Source: Chloroflexota bacterium
GTDB lineage: Bacteria > Chloroflexota > Dehalococcoidia > Dehalococcoidales > RBG-16-60-22
Length of the DNA: 49,201 nucleotides
Direction of reading: 5' to 3'
Assembly: GCA_043818095.1 (NCBI GenBank)
Contig: JBDRGD010000104.1
Location: 1 to 49,201 of the forward strand
Positions 25,051-33,241 of this stretch are shown here, one piece after another. Positions within the stretch are counted from its first letter, which is position 1. Each line of letters starts with the position of its first letter. The notes under the pieces were generated by a model. The model was given only the letters and a program-made list of their open reading frames with translations, did not search any database and was not told the DNA's origin. The translations under genes were made by a program, and so were the position numbers.

Positions 25051-25130
25051 GGACGTATACGTCCTATGACCAAAGGACTATTGTCCCCGGAGGACAGTGA
25101 AGCTAAGATAATCGAGGACATATGTGCCTC
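25051..25130. promoter_or_regulatory. Cluster of GGAC...GTCC palindromes upstream of pilB (candidate operator sites)
   Basis: GGACGTATACGTCC (25051-25064, perfect 14-mer), GGACTATTGTCC (25075-25086), and GAGGACATATGTGCCTC (25114-25130, imperfect). All lie within 105 nt of the pilB ATG. Confidence 0.35.
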
Positions 25131-25154
25131 CACTCTGCAGCAGTGAAATAAACC

Positions 25155-26675
25155 ATGCCAAAAACAGACCCCGTACAGAAAAAGGCTGACATGTTGAAGT
25201 GGCAGCCGGACCCGACGGCGGTGCAGCTCATCCCGGAGGTGATGGCGCGTAAATATAACGCCATGCCTCTGGCCGTTGAAGATGATACCCTGCGGGTGGC
25301 GATGGCCAATCCTACCGATATCTTCGCCCTGGAAGCCATGGCCAGCCACAGCCAGATGCGTGTTGAGCCGGAAGCCGCCGGTCTGGAAGAAATCCTCGAA
25401 GCAATCGATTTCAACTACAAAGCCTACGATGAGATTGAGAAGCAGGTCTCCAACATTTCCCTGCAGGGGGGGCAGGCGACCATCGACCCGTTTAAAATCG
25501 AGTCCACGGTGGACGCTCCCGTGGCCCAGGCGCTCTCCCTCATCATCGATGAAGCGGTCAAGGCGCGCACCTCGGACATCCACCTGCAGCCGGAGGAAGA
25601 CAAGCTGCGGGTGCGCTACCGCATCGACGGCAGCCTCCATGACATGTTCTCCCTCCCCCTGGCGACGGCCACCCCCCTGGTCTCCCGGATTAAAGTCCTC
25701 GCCAGCATGAACATCGCGGACCACCACCGCCCCCAGGACGGGCAGTTTTCCATCAAGACGAACAACCGGCTGATTGATATCCGCGTCGCCACCATCGCTA
25801 CCGTTTACGGCGAGATGGCGGTCCTGCGGCTCCTGGACAAGCGCCGGGCGACCCTCACCCTGCCGGAGTTGGGCTTCCTCCACGGCAGCCTGGAGAAATA
25901 CGAAAGCATGCTGAAGGTGCCCTACGGCATGCTCCTGGTCAGCGGTCCTACGGGCGCCGGGAAGACCACCACCCTCTATGCCTCGCTGAACACCCTGGAC
26001 CGGGTGGCGCGGAACATCATCACCATCGAAGACCCGGTGGAGTACCGCTTCAAGAACATTAACCAGATACAGGTCAATCCCCGCTCGGGGATTACTTTCG
26101 CCAGCGGCCTGCGTTCCATACTGCGGCTGGACCCGGACGTCGTCCTCGTCGGCGAGATACGGGACGCGGAGACGGCGAACATCGCCGTCCAGGCGGCGCT
26201 CACCGGCCACCTGGTGCTCTCCTCCATCCACGCCAATGACGCCATCGGCGTCGTCATGCGCCTCGTGGACCTGGGGGTAGAGCCCTTCCTGGTGTCCTCC
26301 GCCCTCATCGGCGTCGTCGCTCAGCGGATGGTGCGCCAGATATGCCCCAACTGCGGCCGCCCCGTCGAGGTGCCGACTATCGAGCAGATAAGCTACGCCC
26401 GGGAAACCGGGGAAGACCGGCACGAGTTCCACTATGGCGCCGGCTGCAACGCTTGCTCCAATAGCGGCTACCGGGGACGCACCGGTATTTTCGAAATACT
26501 CGCCATCAGCGATGCCATCAGGACGATGATACTGAAGGAAGCGACCGCCACCGAACTGCACAGCCAGGCGATTAAAGAAGGCATGCTGACCCTGATGCGG
26601 GACGGCATGCTTAAGGTCAAGGAAAACATCACCACCCCGAGCGAGGTCCTGCGCAACGCTTACACGGTGGAATAG
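25155..26675 (+). CDS. pilB: Type IV pilus assembly ATPase PilB (GspE family)
   Basis: T2SSE N-terminal domain (ARKYNAMPLAVEDDTLRVAMANPTD), Walker A SGPTGAGKTTT, Asp and His boxes, and a tetracysteine motif CPNCG...CNACSNSGYRGRTG. Confidence 0.93.
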   Translation: MPKTDPVQKKADMLKWQPDPTAVQLIPEVMARKYNAMPLAVEDDTLRVAMANPTDIFALEAMASHSQMRVEPEAAGLEEILEAIDFNYKAYDEIEKQVSNISLQGGQATIDPFKIESTVDAPVAQALSLIIDEAVKARTSDIHLQPEEDKLRVRYRIDGSLHDMFSLPLATATPLVSRIKVLASMNIADHHRPQDGQFSIKTNNRLIDIRVATIATVYGEMAVLRLLDKRRATLTLPELGFLHGSLEKYESMLKVPYGMLLVSGPTGAGKTTTLYASLNTLDRVARNIITIEDPVEYRFKNINQIQVNPRSGITFASGLRSILRLDPDVVLVGEIRDAETANIAVQAALTGHLVLSSIHANDAIGVVMRLVDLGVEPFLVSSALIGVVAQRMVRQICPNCGRPVEVPTIEQISYARETGEDRHEFHYGAGCNACSNSGYRGRTGIFEILAISDAIRTMILKEATATELHSQAIKEGMLTLMRDGMLKVKENITTPSEVLRNAYTVE

Positions 26676-26701
26676 GCACAGCCGCGGAGACAGCAGAAAA
26701 A

Positions 26702-27907
26702 ATGATTTTCGAATACGTTGCCTACAATACCAGCGGAGAAGTGGTCAAGGGCAGACTGCCCGCCAGCAACGAGGACACCGCCAGTGACCTCCTGGGCTAC
26801 GCGGGCTACAAGACCATCACCATCAGGCCGTATGTCCCCTTTTTCAGTTCCGACCGGCTTTCCGCCGAGTTTTTCCGGGTAAAACCATCGGAAGTCATCC
26901 TGTTCTATCGCCAGCTGGCGCTGCTGCTGGAGTCCGGCATCAACATTGTCACCTCCCTGGAGCTGTTACTCGGGCAGACCGCCAACCGGGCGATGAAAAA
27001 GGTGCTGGAAGACATCATCAGTGACCTCAGGCGCGGCAACCAGCTCTCCGCCGCCATGGGCAAACACCCGGAGGTTTTCCCGCCCATCAGCTGCCGGACT
27101 TTGAGCATCGGCGAGCAGACCGGCGGACTGGAGGAGATGCTCCGGCAGATGGCAGACTACCTGGAGAAGGAACAGGAAGCCAGCAAGGGCATCAAGAGCG
27201 CCCTGATGTACCCTATCATCGCCGCCGTGGTCACCGTGATCGTCGTGGTGATAATGGCCGTCTTCGTGCTTCCCGCCTTCAGCGACCTTTACAGTTCCCT
27301 GGGCGCGGAAATGCCGGCGTTGACCCGCTTCGTCATTGACGGCGCGAACAAGCTCCGCGAAAACGGGCTTATCATCATGTTGGGACTGGTTGTCGGCGGC
27401 GGCCTGCTGGCGGCGTACGTGAAGACCCCGGAAGGGAAATTCCGCATGGATAAATTGGCCTTAGAGCTGCCCCTGATAGGCAGGGTGAACCAAATTAGCG
27501 GTCTATCCCGCATGTGCCGGAGCATCTCCCTGCTCTTCCGCTCCGGGCTTCCCCTCACCGAGATTATGCCCCTGATCATCCAGGGCACCGGCAACCGGGT
27601 GATGGCGGAAGCCCTGAAAGACGTCCAGCAGGAGATGCTGCGCGGCCACGGGCTTTCCCAGCCCATGCAGAAGAACCAGGTCTTCCTGCCCATGATGGTG
27701 CAGATGGTCAAGGTAGGCGAGGAAACGGGTAACCTGGACATCACCCTGCTCTCCGTCGCCCAGAGCTACGAGACGGAGGCGGAAGACGCCACCCGCTCCC
27801 TCATCGGCATGATTCAGCCGGCAATGACGCTCATCATCGCGGTTATCGTGGGGGTCATCGCCATGTCGCTGGTCTCCGCCATGTACTCCATCTACGGGCA
27901 GACATAA
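26702..27907 (+). CDS. pilC: Type IV pilus platform protein PilC (GspF family)
   Basis: 401 aa with duplicated T2SSF domains (FYRQLALLLESGINI and MCRSISLLFRSGLPL) and three TM segments. Confidence 0.92.
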   Translation: MIFEYVAYNTSGEVVKGRLPASNEDTASDLLGYAGYKTITIRPYVPFFSSDRLSAEFFRVKPSEVILFYRQLALLLESGINIVTSLELLLGQTANRAMKKVLEDIISDLRRGNQLSAAMGKHPEVFPPISCRTLSIGEQTGGLEEMLRQMADYLEKEQEASKGIKSALMYPIIAAVVTVIVVVIMAVFVLPAFSDLYSSLGAEMPALTRFVIDGANKLRENGLIIMLGLVVGGGLLAAYVKTPEGKFRMDKLALELPLIGRVNQISGLSRMCRSISLLFRSGLPLTEIMPLIIQGTGNRVMAEALKDVQQEMLRGHGLSQPMQKNQVFLPMMVQMVKVGEETGNLDITLLSVAQSYETEAEDATRSLIGMIQPAMTLIIAVIVGVIAMSLVSAMYSIYGQT

Positions 27908-27949
27908 GAAGAATTAACGCAGTACCGAAAAGGCACAAGGAGCATAACG

Positions 27950-28570
27950 TTGAAACTGGGAAGAACTAGCTGGGTCATCCTGATACTGGGGGTGCTCATC
28001 ATCGCCTTCGGCAGCCTGGGGATAGCGCGCGCCCAGCAGGTTGAGGAGCGGAAACAGATTTCGGAAGACCTCACCATCGCGGAAAAACGCCTGACAAACC
28101 TGCAACTCCGGGAGCTGCAATCGCAAAAGCTCAACCTGGAGCAGGGGCTGGAACAGGAGAAATATCTGCTGGATAACGCCCGCATCGCGCTGGACCAGAC
28201 GATTGACAGCATCCCCGTCACGGACGAGCTGTTCGTCATCGCCGCCGCCACTAGGGTTAAGATCATGGAGCTTACCTCCACGGGCGTCAAAAACGGGGAC
28301 TTTCAGGACGTCCCGGTAACCGTAATCAAACTGAACATCACGGCGGACGGGGAAGTGCTCGACCTGATTAACTTCGTCACCCGGCTGAATACCGACATTC
28401 CCACGGGGGCGGTCCAGTCCGTGGATATCGCCACCGAGGAACTGGATGTGGAGGACGTGGAGGCCGGGACCTCCGGCAGCGAGAACGTCACGGTGGAAGA
28501 GGAGGAGGAAGAAGCCATCCCCCGCGCCCGTATCGCCATGGATATTTACAGCTACAGTAAGGATAACTGA
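27950..28570 (+). CDS. PilO-like type IV pilus assembly protein
   Basis: N-terminal TM WVILILGVLIIAFGSLGIA, a coiled-coil segment, a C-terminal alpha/beta domain, and an acidic tail (EEEEEE). TTG start with an AAGGAG RBS 7 nt upstream. The family assignment rests on architecture and context only. Confidence 0.55.
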   Translation: MKLGRTSWVILILGVLIIAFGSLGIARAQQVEERKQISEDLTIAEKRLTNLQLRELQSQKLNLEQGLEQEKYLLDNARIALDQTIDSIPVTDELFVIAAATRVKIMELTSTGVKNGDFQDVPVTVIKLNITADGEVLDLINFVTRLNTDIPTGAVQSVDIATEELDVEDVEAGTSGSENVTVEEEEEEAIPRARIAMDIYSYSKDN

Positions 28571-28572
28571 CG

Positions 28573-30078
28573 ATGACAGGTAAACTGGTAACTCTCTATA
28601 TTGATAATACGCAGATAAAGCTGCTGGTTACCGGCGGCAAGCGCATCAAGAAGATGGCGGAGCTGCGCTTGGAGCTCACCTCGCGGAAAATCAGCGCGGG
28701 AGAGAGAGAGGCGGAAATCGCCAGCAAGATCCAGCAGCTGCTCACCGCCAAGAAAGTCAGCGCCTCGAAAATCATCCTCGGCTTAAGCGGGCTACACTGC
28801 CTGACCCGCCCCTTCTCCCTGCCCCAGCTGCCCAAGACGATGCAGACAGAAGCGGTCATGCGCGAAGCGAAGAGGGTCCTCCCGGTGCCCATAGACCAGC
28901 TTTATATCTCCTGGCAGATTTTCCCGGGAATAACGGAAGGACAATCCCGGGGCTTTCTCGTGGGGATACCGCGCAAGACCGCGGACATGTACGTTAACGT
29001 ATTGCGGCGGGCAGGGCTTAAGCCCTACCTCGTGGACTTGAAGCCGCTGGCCATCTGCCGCCTGGTCCAGGATGATACTGCCATCGTCGTGGACATCCAG
29101 CCGGCGGATTTTGACATCGTCGTGATGAGCAAAGGCATCCCCCAGCCTATCCGGACTGTTTCCTTCCCCCAGGAAAATCTGCCCCAGGAAGAGAAACTGG
29201 CGCTGGTCAAAGAGGAAATCACCCGGACAATCGATTTCTATAACGCGAACAGCGAAGAAGGCCAGATAAACAAGAACGTGCCCCTGTACGTTTCCGGGGA
29301 ACTGGATGACGTCACGGAGGCCGCCACCAGCCTGTCCGGAGACCTGGGTCTGACCCTGAAGGAGCTGGCCTCCCCGCTGAAATGCCCCAAGGAACTGGAC
29401 CCCTCCCATTACCTGGTGAACATCGGGCTGGCGTTGAAGGAAATGGTCACGGAAAAAGAACCGGCCTTTTCCCTGGTAAATATCAACGCCCTCCCCACTC
29501 CCTACCGCCCCAAACCCCTGCCGCTGATGAAACTCCTCAGCGTTCCGGTGGCGGTATCCGTGGTCGGCATCATCACCTTGATGGGGATGTTCGTCTATAA
29601 CGCTTCCGCCAGCATCGCCGCAGCGCGCACAGAACTGGACACCACCAACCAGATAATCGAGACCCGGCAGACCCAGAAGGAAGAGCTTACGAAAACCATC
29701 GCCGGTCTGGAGACAAAGATTTCCCAGACCAAGGCAGCCACCCGGACCTTCCTGACGGTGCAGAACCTGATTGACCGACAGGGCGGTCTGATTAATGGCG
29801 ACCTGTCGACCTCCGCAGCCCAGCTGATTGCCGATATGCAGTTGACCGGCATCAACCACAGTAACGGCGCGCTGACCATCCGGGGCAGCACCCTCACCGA
29901 GGAGGAAATCCTCACCTACGCCCGCCGGCTGGAACAGAGCGGCCGCTTCGGTGCCGTGAACATCTCCAACATCCTCCGGGTAGTAAACGAGGAGGAAACG
30001 GAGGTCGGAATAGAGACTACTGAGACCATGACGTTCACTATCGCTCTCGAACCGGAGAAAGAAACTGAAGAAGAATAG
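28573..30078 (+). CDS. PilM-PilN fusion protein (actin-like ATPase fold + TM + coiled coil + extra C-terminal domain)
   Basis: The N-terminal 300 aa or so are PilM-like (LYIDNTQIKLLV, ILGLSG, DIQPADFDIVVM, ITRTIDFYNAN). These are followed by the PilN-like NINALPTPYRPKP motif, the TM LLSVPVAVSVVGIITLMGMFVY, a coiled coil, and a 110-aa C-terminal domain. Confidence 0.8.
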   Translation: MTGKLVTLYIDNTQIKLLVTGGKRIKKMAELRLELTSRKISAGEREAEIASKIQQLLTAKKVSASKIILGLSGLHCLTRPFSLPQLPKTMQTEAVMREAKRVLPVPIDQLYISWQIFPGITEGQSRGFLVGIPRKTADMYVNVLRRAGLKPYLVDLKPLAICRLVQDDTAIVVDIQPADFDIVVMSKGIPQPIRTVSFPQENLPQEEKLALVKEEITRTIDFYNANSEEGQINKNVPLYVSGELDDVTEAATSLSGDLGLTLKELASPLKCPKELDPSHYLVNIGLALKEMVTEKEPAFSLVNINALPTPYRPKPLPLMKLLSVPVAVSVVGIITLMGMFVYNASASIAAARTELDTTNQIIETRQTQKEELTKTIAGLETKISQTKAATRTFLTVQNLIDRQGGLINGDLSTSAAQLIADMQLTGINHSNGALTIRGSTLTEEEILTYARRLEQSGRFGAVNISNILRVVNEEETEVGIETTETMTFTIALEPEKETEEE

Positions 30079-30081
30079 CTG

Positions 30082-31206
30082 ATGGACATTTTTGAGATAC
30101 TGCGCCTAGCCAAGGAAAAGGGGGCTTCCGACCTGCACATGGTCTGCTCCGTCCCGCCGCTCTTCCGCGTCCACGGTGATATCCGCCCGGCGGAGGGTCT
30201 GCCGGTGCTGCGCGGCATGGACATGGAGCAGGCTTTCCAGCATTTAACCACGGAAGCCCAGCAGGCGGACTTCCAGCGTAACCTGGAGCTGGACTTCGGC
30301 TACGATGTCCCGGAAGTAGGCAGGGTCCGCTGTAACGCCGCCCGGCAGAGGGGCACCATCAGCATGGTTATCCGCCTCCTGCCACCCGACATCCCCGAAC
30401 TGGAGCAGCTGGGTGTCCCCGACGTCTGCAAGGAGCTGGTATTGAAACGGCGCGGGCTGGTGATGGTCAGCGGCCCCACCGGCAGCGGTAAGTCCACCAC
30501 CCTGGCCGCCATGATTAACTACCTGAACCACACGGAGTACCGGCGGGTGGTCACCATGGAAGACCCCATCGAGTACGTTTACCAGAGCGCCAACTGTACC
30601 ATCACCCAGCGGGAGCTGGGCGCGGATACTCACTCCTTCGCCGACGCCCTGAAGCACGTCCTGAGACAGGACCCGGATGTCATCCTCGTCGGCGAACTGC
30701 GTGACCTGGAGACCGCCTCCGCGGCATTGACCGTCGCGGAAACGGGCCACCTTGTCCTCACCACCGGCCACGCCCCCAGCGCCGCCCAGGCAATCGAAAG
30801 AATCACCGACCTGTTTCCGCCCCACGAGCGCCACATGGCGCAGTCCCAGTTGGCTTCGCTCCTCGTCGGGATACTCTGCCAGGCGCTGGTACCGAAGACC
30901 GACGGCTCCGGCCGGGTCGCAGCGGTTGAGGTGCTCCTGGCAAACTCGGCGGTGAGGAACCTGATACGGGACGGCAAGGTTTTCCAGATTCCTAACGCCA
31001 TGCGGATGCACACCCAGGCGGGGATGCAGCTCCTCGACCAGTCGCTCCTCAAGCTCTTCCGCAAGGGTATCATCAGCAGCGACAGCCTGTTTTCCTTCTG
31101 CAACGACAAGGAGGAAATCGCCAAGCTGTCCGGCATGGAAGTGCCCGCCGCGCACGCCTCGCTGGAGCAGGCATCCGAAGAGAGCGTCGCCAGCGGCCTC
31201 TTCTAA
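30082..31206 (+). CDS. pilT: Type IV pilus retraction ATPase PilT
   Basis: 374 aa with GASDLHM, Walker A SGPTGSGKSTT, Walker B/Asp box VILVGELRD, His box LVLTTGHAPSA, and the PilT-type AIRNLIRDGK-like motif AVRNLIRDGK. Confidence 0.93.
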   Translation: MDIFEILRLAKEKGASDLHMVCSVPPLFRVHGDIRPAEGLPVLRGMDMEQAFQHLTTEAQQADFQRNLELDFGYDVPEVGRVRCNAARQRGTISMVIRLLPPDIPELEQLGVPDVCKELVLKRRGLVMVSGPTGSGKSTTLAAMINYLNHTEYRRVVTMEDPIEYVYQSANCTITQRELGADTHSFADALKHVLRQDPDVILVGELRDLETASAALTVAETGHLVLTTGHAPSAAQAIERITDLFPPHERHMAQSQLASLLVGILCQALVPKTDGSGRVAAVEVLLANSAVRNLIRDGKVFQIPNAMRMHTQAGMQLLDQSLLKLFRKGIISSDSLFSFCNDKEEIAKLSGMEVPAAHASLEQASEESVASGLF

Positions 31207-31269
31207 CAACCCCTCAAAACCGGGTACTTCCGGGGAAACTCTACTTTTTCCCCAGCAGGCTTACCCTCT

Positions 31270-31340
31270 GTCATGGCGAGGGGCGTGCCAGCCCCGCGCG
31301 CAATCCCATTTAAAGTTTGCTTCGCTGCGCTCGTAATGAC
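31270..31340. repeat. Two-tier palindromic REP/MITE-like element, copy 3 (degenerate)
   Basis: GTCATGGCGAGGGGCG...GCGCAATC ... TTGCTTCGCTGCGCTCGTAATGAC. It is recognisably related to the other three copies but carries substitutions in both arms. Confidence 0.6.
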
Positions 31341-31394
31341 TGGATAAAAACCCCGGGACAGAAAGCACCGGGGTAATGCGAATCCTCTGTCGGT

Positions 31395-31443
31395 GAAAAA
31401 CAGAAAGCCTGCCGGTGGGGATATCCCCATTGCCGGTCAGGCT
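31395..31443 (-). terminator. Intrinsic terminator downstream of the pilin gene
   Basis: About 15 bp of pairing: outer AGCCTG/CAGGCT, middle CCGG/CCGG, inner TGGGG-ATAT-CCCCA. On the minus strand it is followed by TTTCTGTTTTT. It lies 73 nt after the pilin stop. Confidence 0.55.
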
Positions 31444-31515
31444 CTCCGCTCCGTTGCTATCGTTAAATTTATTTCTTCTCTTAAACTATGCCGTCGCTAA
31501 CGGCGGCGCTATCTG

Positions 31516-31893
31516 TTATGGTACAACCTGCGATACCGTGCCGTCATTGGCGAAGGAATAGGTGCAAGGGGTTTTCACACTGGTACCGTTTAAGCCGGTC
31601 AGGTAATCGCTGAGAATCAGCCCGTCGGTGGACAGAACGGTAGACATGTCAACAACCCCAGGGCCGATCGGCGTCAGGTTGCCCGCGGTGCTGTCCGCCA
31701 GCATGGCCATCACGGCCGTCTGGATGTTGTGGAGCTCAGTCTCGTAAGACTCCGTTTTACCCTTGCCGATGAATTTACCGACGTTCGGGACGGCTACTGC
31801 GGCCAGGACGCCCAGGATGGCTACGACAACCAGCAGCTCGATGAGGGTGAAACCCTTCTCGCCATAATGGAACTGCTTCAAAATCTTCTTCAT
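31516..31893 (-). CDS. Type IV pilin (prepilin with class III signal peptide)
   Basis: MKKILKQFHYGEKG|FTLIELLVVVAILGVLAAVAVP. It has Gly at -1, Phe at +1, Glu at +5 and a hydrophobic alpha1 helix. 125 aa, GGAGG RBS. Confidence 0.9.
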   Translation of the reverse strand: MKKILKQFHYGEKGFTLIELLVVVAILGVLAAVAVPNVGKFIGKGKTESYETELHNIQTAVMAMLADSTAGNLTPIGPGVVDMSTVLSTDGLILSDYLTGLNGTSVKTPCTYSFANDGTVSQVVP

Positions 31894-32160
31894 TCAGGCA
31901 CCTCCGTTGATATTTTTTTCCTTTTGAACTTGTTCCCAATTCAGCTTAGCATAACGGGATTTGTATTCAATGGGGTTTTAGTCACCCCCCGGCATGAGAA
32001 TAAAGTCCTACATATCTGCTCCCCTCCTTTTTGGTCACGGTGATACTTTACCCCCGGAAGGCTTAACCGCCCATAAACGAAAGGGGGTGTTTCGTAAATA
32101 TTCCGTGAATATTGGCTCTTCCTCTTGACGCTCCTGGCAGCCCTCAAAGGTGTTGTGTTT

Positions 32161-32238
32161 GTCATTGCGAGGAGCGTAGCGACGAAGCAATCTCCTTTCC
32201 CGGATTGAGGATTGCTTCGCCTTCGGCTCGCAATGACA
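32161..32238. repeat. Two-tier palindromic REP/MITE-like element, copy 4
   Basis: GTCATTGCGAGGAGCGTAGCGACGAAGCAATC ... GATTGCTTCGCCTTCGGCTCGCAATGAC, located between the divergent pilin and pilD genes. Confidence 0.85.
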
Positions 32239-32318
32239 GCACCACCAACCGCATACAAATAGAAATCCGTAAAAGACGGGTTGACGCGCCCCGGGGAAAA
32301 GGGGCAAAATAGGACAAC

Positions 32319-33116
32319 ATGGAAGCCGTGCTGACGATACTGTTCATCCTGGGGGGGATTGCCATCGGCAGTTTCCTCAACGTCCTCATTGACCGACTTC
32401 CGGCGGGAGAGTCCATCGCCTATCCCCCCTCCCACTGCGCCGACTGCCAGCACAAGCTGGCGCCGTGGGACCTCATCCCCATCTTCAGCTACCTCTGGCT
32501 GCGGGGCCGCTGCCGCTACTGCCGCGCGCAGATACCCTTGCGGCTGCCGCTGATAGAAGCGGGTACCGGTCTCCTCTTCTGGCTCGCCTTCTGGCGCTAC
32601 GGGCTAAGCGCCGAGTTCGCCCTGACCGCCCTGTACACCGGCGTCTTCATCATTATTATTTTCATTGACATGGAGCGACAGCTCATCCTGAACAAGGTGC
32701 TTTACCCCGCCGCCCTGTTCACCGTCCTGCTGTACCTGGCGGACATCTGGCTGCCCGCGCCGGGGCTCTTCCCGGCATTTCGTTACCTCCCCGCCATCAA
32801 GGTGGTCAGCAGCCTTATCGGCGGAGTGACGGGTTTCCTCTTCTTCTTCATCGTTTACGTCCTCGCCCGGGGCGGTATGGGCGCGGGAGACGTCAAGCTG
32901 GCAGGGTTCATCGGCCTGGTCGCCGGTTTCCCGCTGGTCTTCCCGGCGCTCTTCATCGGCATCGTCGCCGGCGGGCTGGTCGCCATCATTTTCCTTCTCC
33001 TGCGGAAAAAGGGCCGCAAGGAAGTCCTCCCCTACGGGGCTTTCCTGGGCATCGGGCCCATCATCACGCTGCTCTGGGGACAGGCAATCATGGACTGGTA
33101 CCTCCACCTCTTTTAG
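32319..33116 (+). CDS. pilD: Prepilin peptidase PilD (A24 family aspartic protease/N-methyltransferase)
   Basis: N-terminal CxxC...CxxC (HCADCQH, RCRYCRAQI), polytopic membrane topology, and the active-site Asp motif GMGAGDVKLAGFIG. Confidence 0.92.
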   Translation: MEAVLTILFILGGIAIGSFLNVLIDRLPAGESIAYPPSHCADCQHKLAPWDLIPIFSYLWLRGRCRYCRAQIPLRLPLIEAGTGLLFWLAFWRYGLSAEFALTALYTGVFIIIIFIDMERQLILNKVLYPAALFTVLLYLADIWLPAPGLFPAFRYLPAIKVVSSLIGGVTGFLFFFIVYVLARGGMGAGDVKLAGFIGLVAGFPLVFPALFIGIVAGGLVAIIFLLLRKKGRKEVLPYGAFLGIGPIITLLWGQAIMDWYLHLF

Positions 33117-33171
33117 CGCCGCACGGCACTCTTCCAACCGTTTTTTTTCCTCAAATTTGCCCGGAAAACCG

Positions 33172-33227
33172 TTGACTTCCCTCCTGCCGGACACTACAAT
33201 GTTTAGGTTGGCCGGGACTATAGTCCC
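33172..33227 (+). promoter_or_regulatory. Promoter plus palindromic operator of the winged-helix regulator gene
   Basis: TTGACT (33172-33177), 17 nt spacer, TACAAT (33195-33200). A perfect 14-bp palindrome GGGACTATAGTCCC (33214-33227) sits between the -10 and the ATG at 33242. Confidence 0.5.
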
Positions 33228-33241
33228 AGGACGTAAGTCAT

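Noticed and set aside
31894-32000. A sigma54 (-24/-12) promoter upstream of the pilin gene, as in many proteobacterial pilA genes.
   Set aside because: On the minus strand the closest candidate is TGGGAAcaagtTCAAA, which lacks the GG-N10-GC spacing and the TGC element. No convincing match, and no sigma54-type activator nearby.
5321-32238. Whether the repeated palindromic elements could be a CRISPR array.
   Set aside because: The copies are kilobases apart rather than separated by 25-50 nt spacers. Each is an internally palindromic unit of about 75 nt, and no cas genes are present.
31941-32453. Track ORFs running through the repeat elements: 31941..32453(-), 32035..32307(-), 32112..32312(+), 8523..8792(+) and 5374..5610(+).
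   Set aside because: Their only conserved peptide segments (for example DCFVATLLAMT and CHCEERSDEAIS) are translations of the palindromic element arms in different frames. They overlap promoters or real genes and have no RBS.
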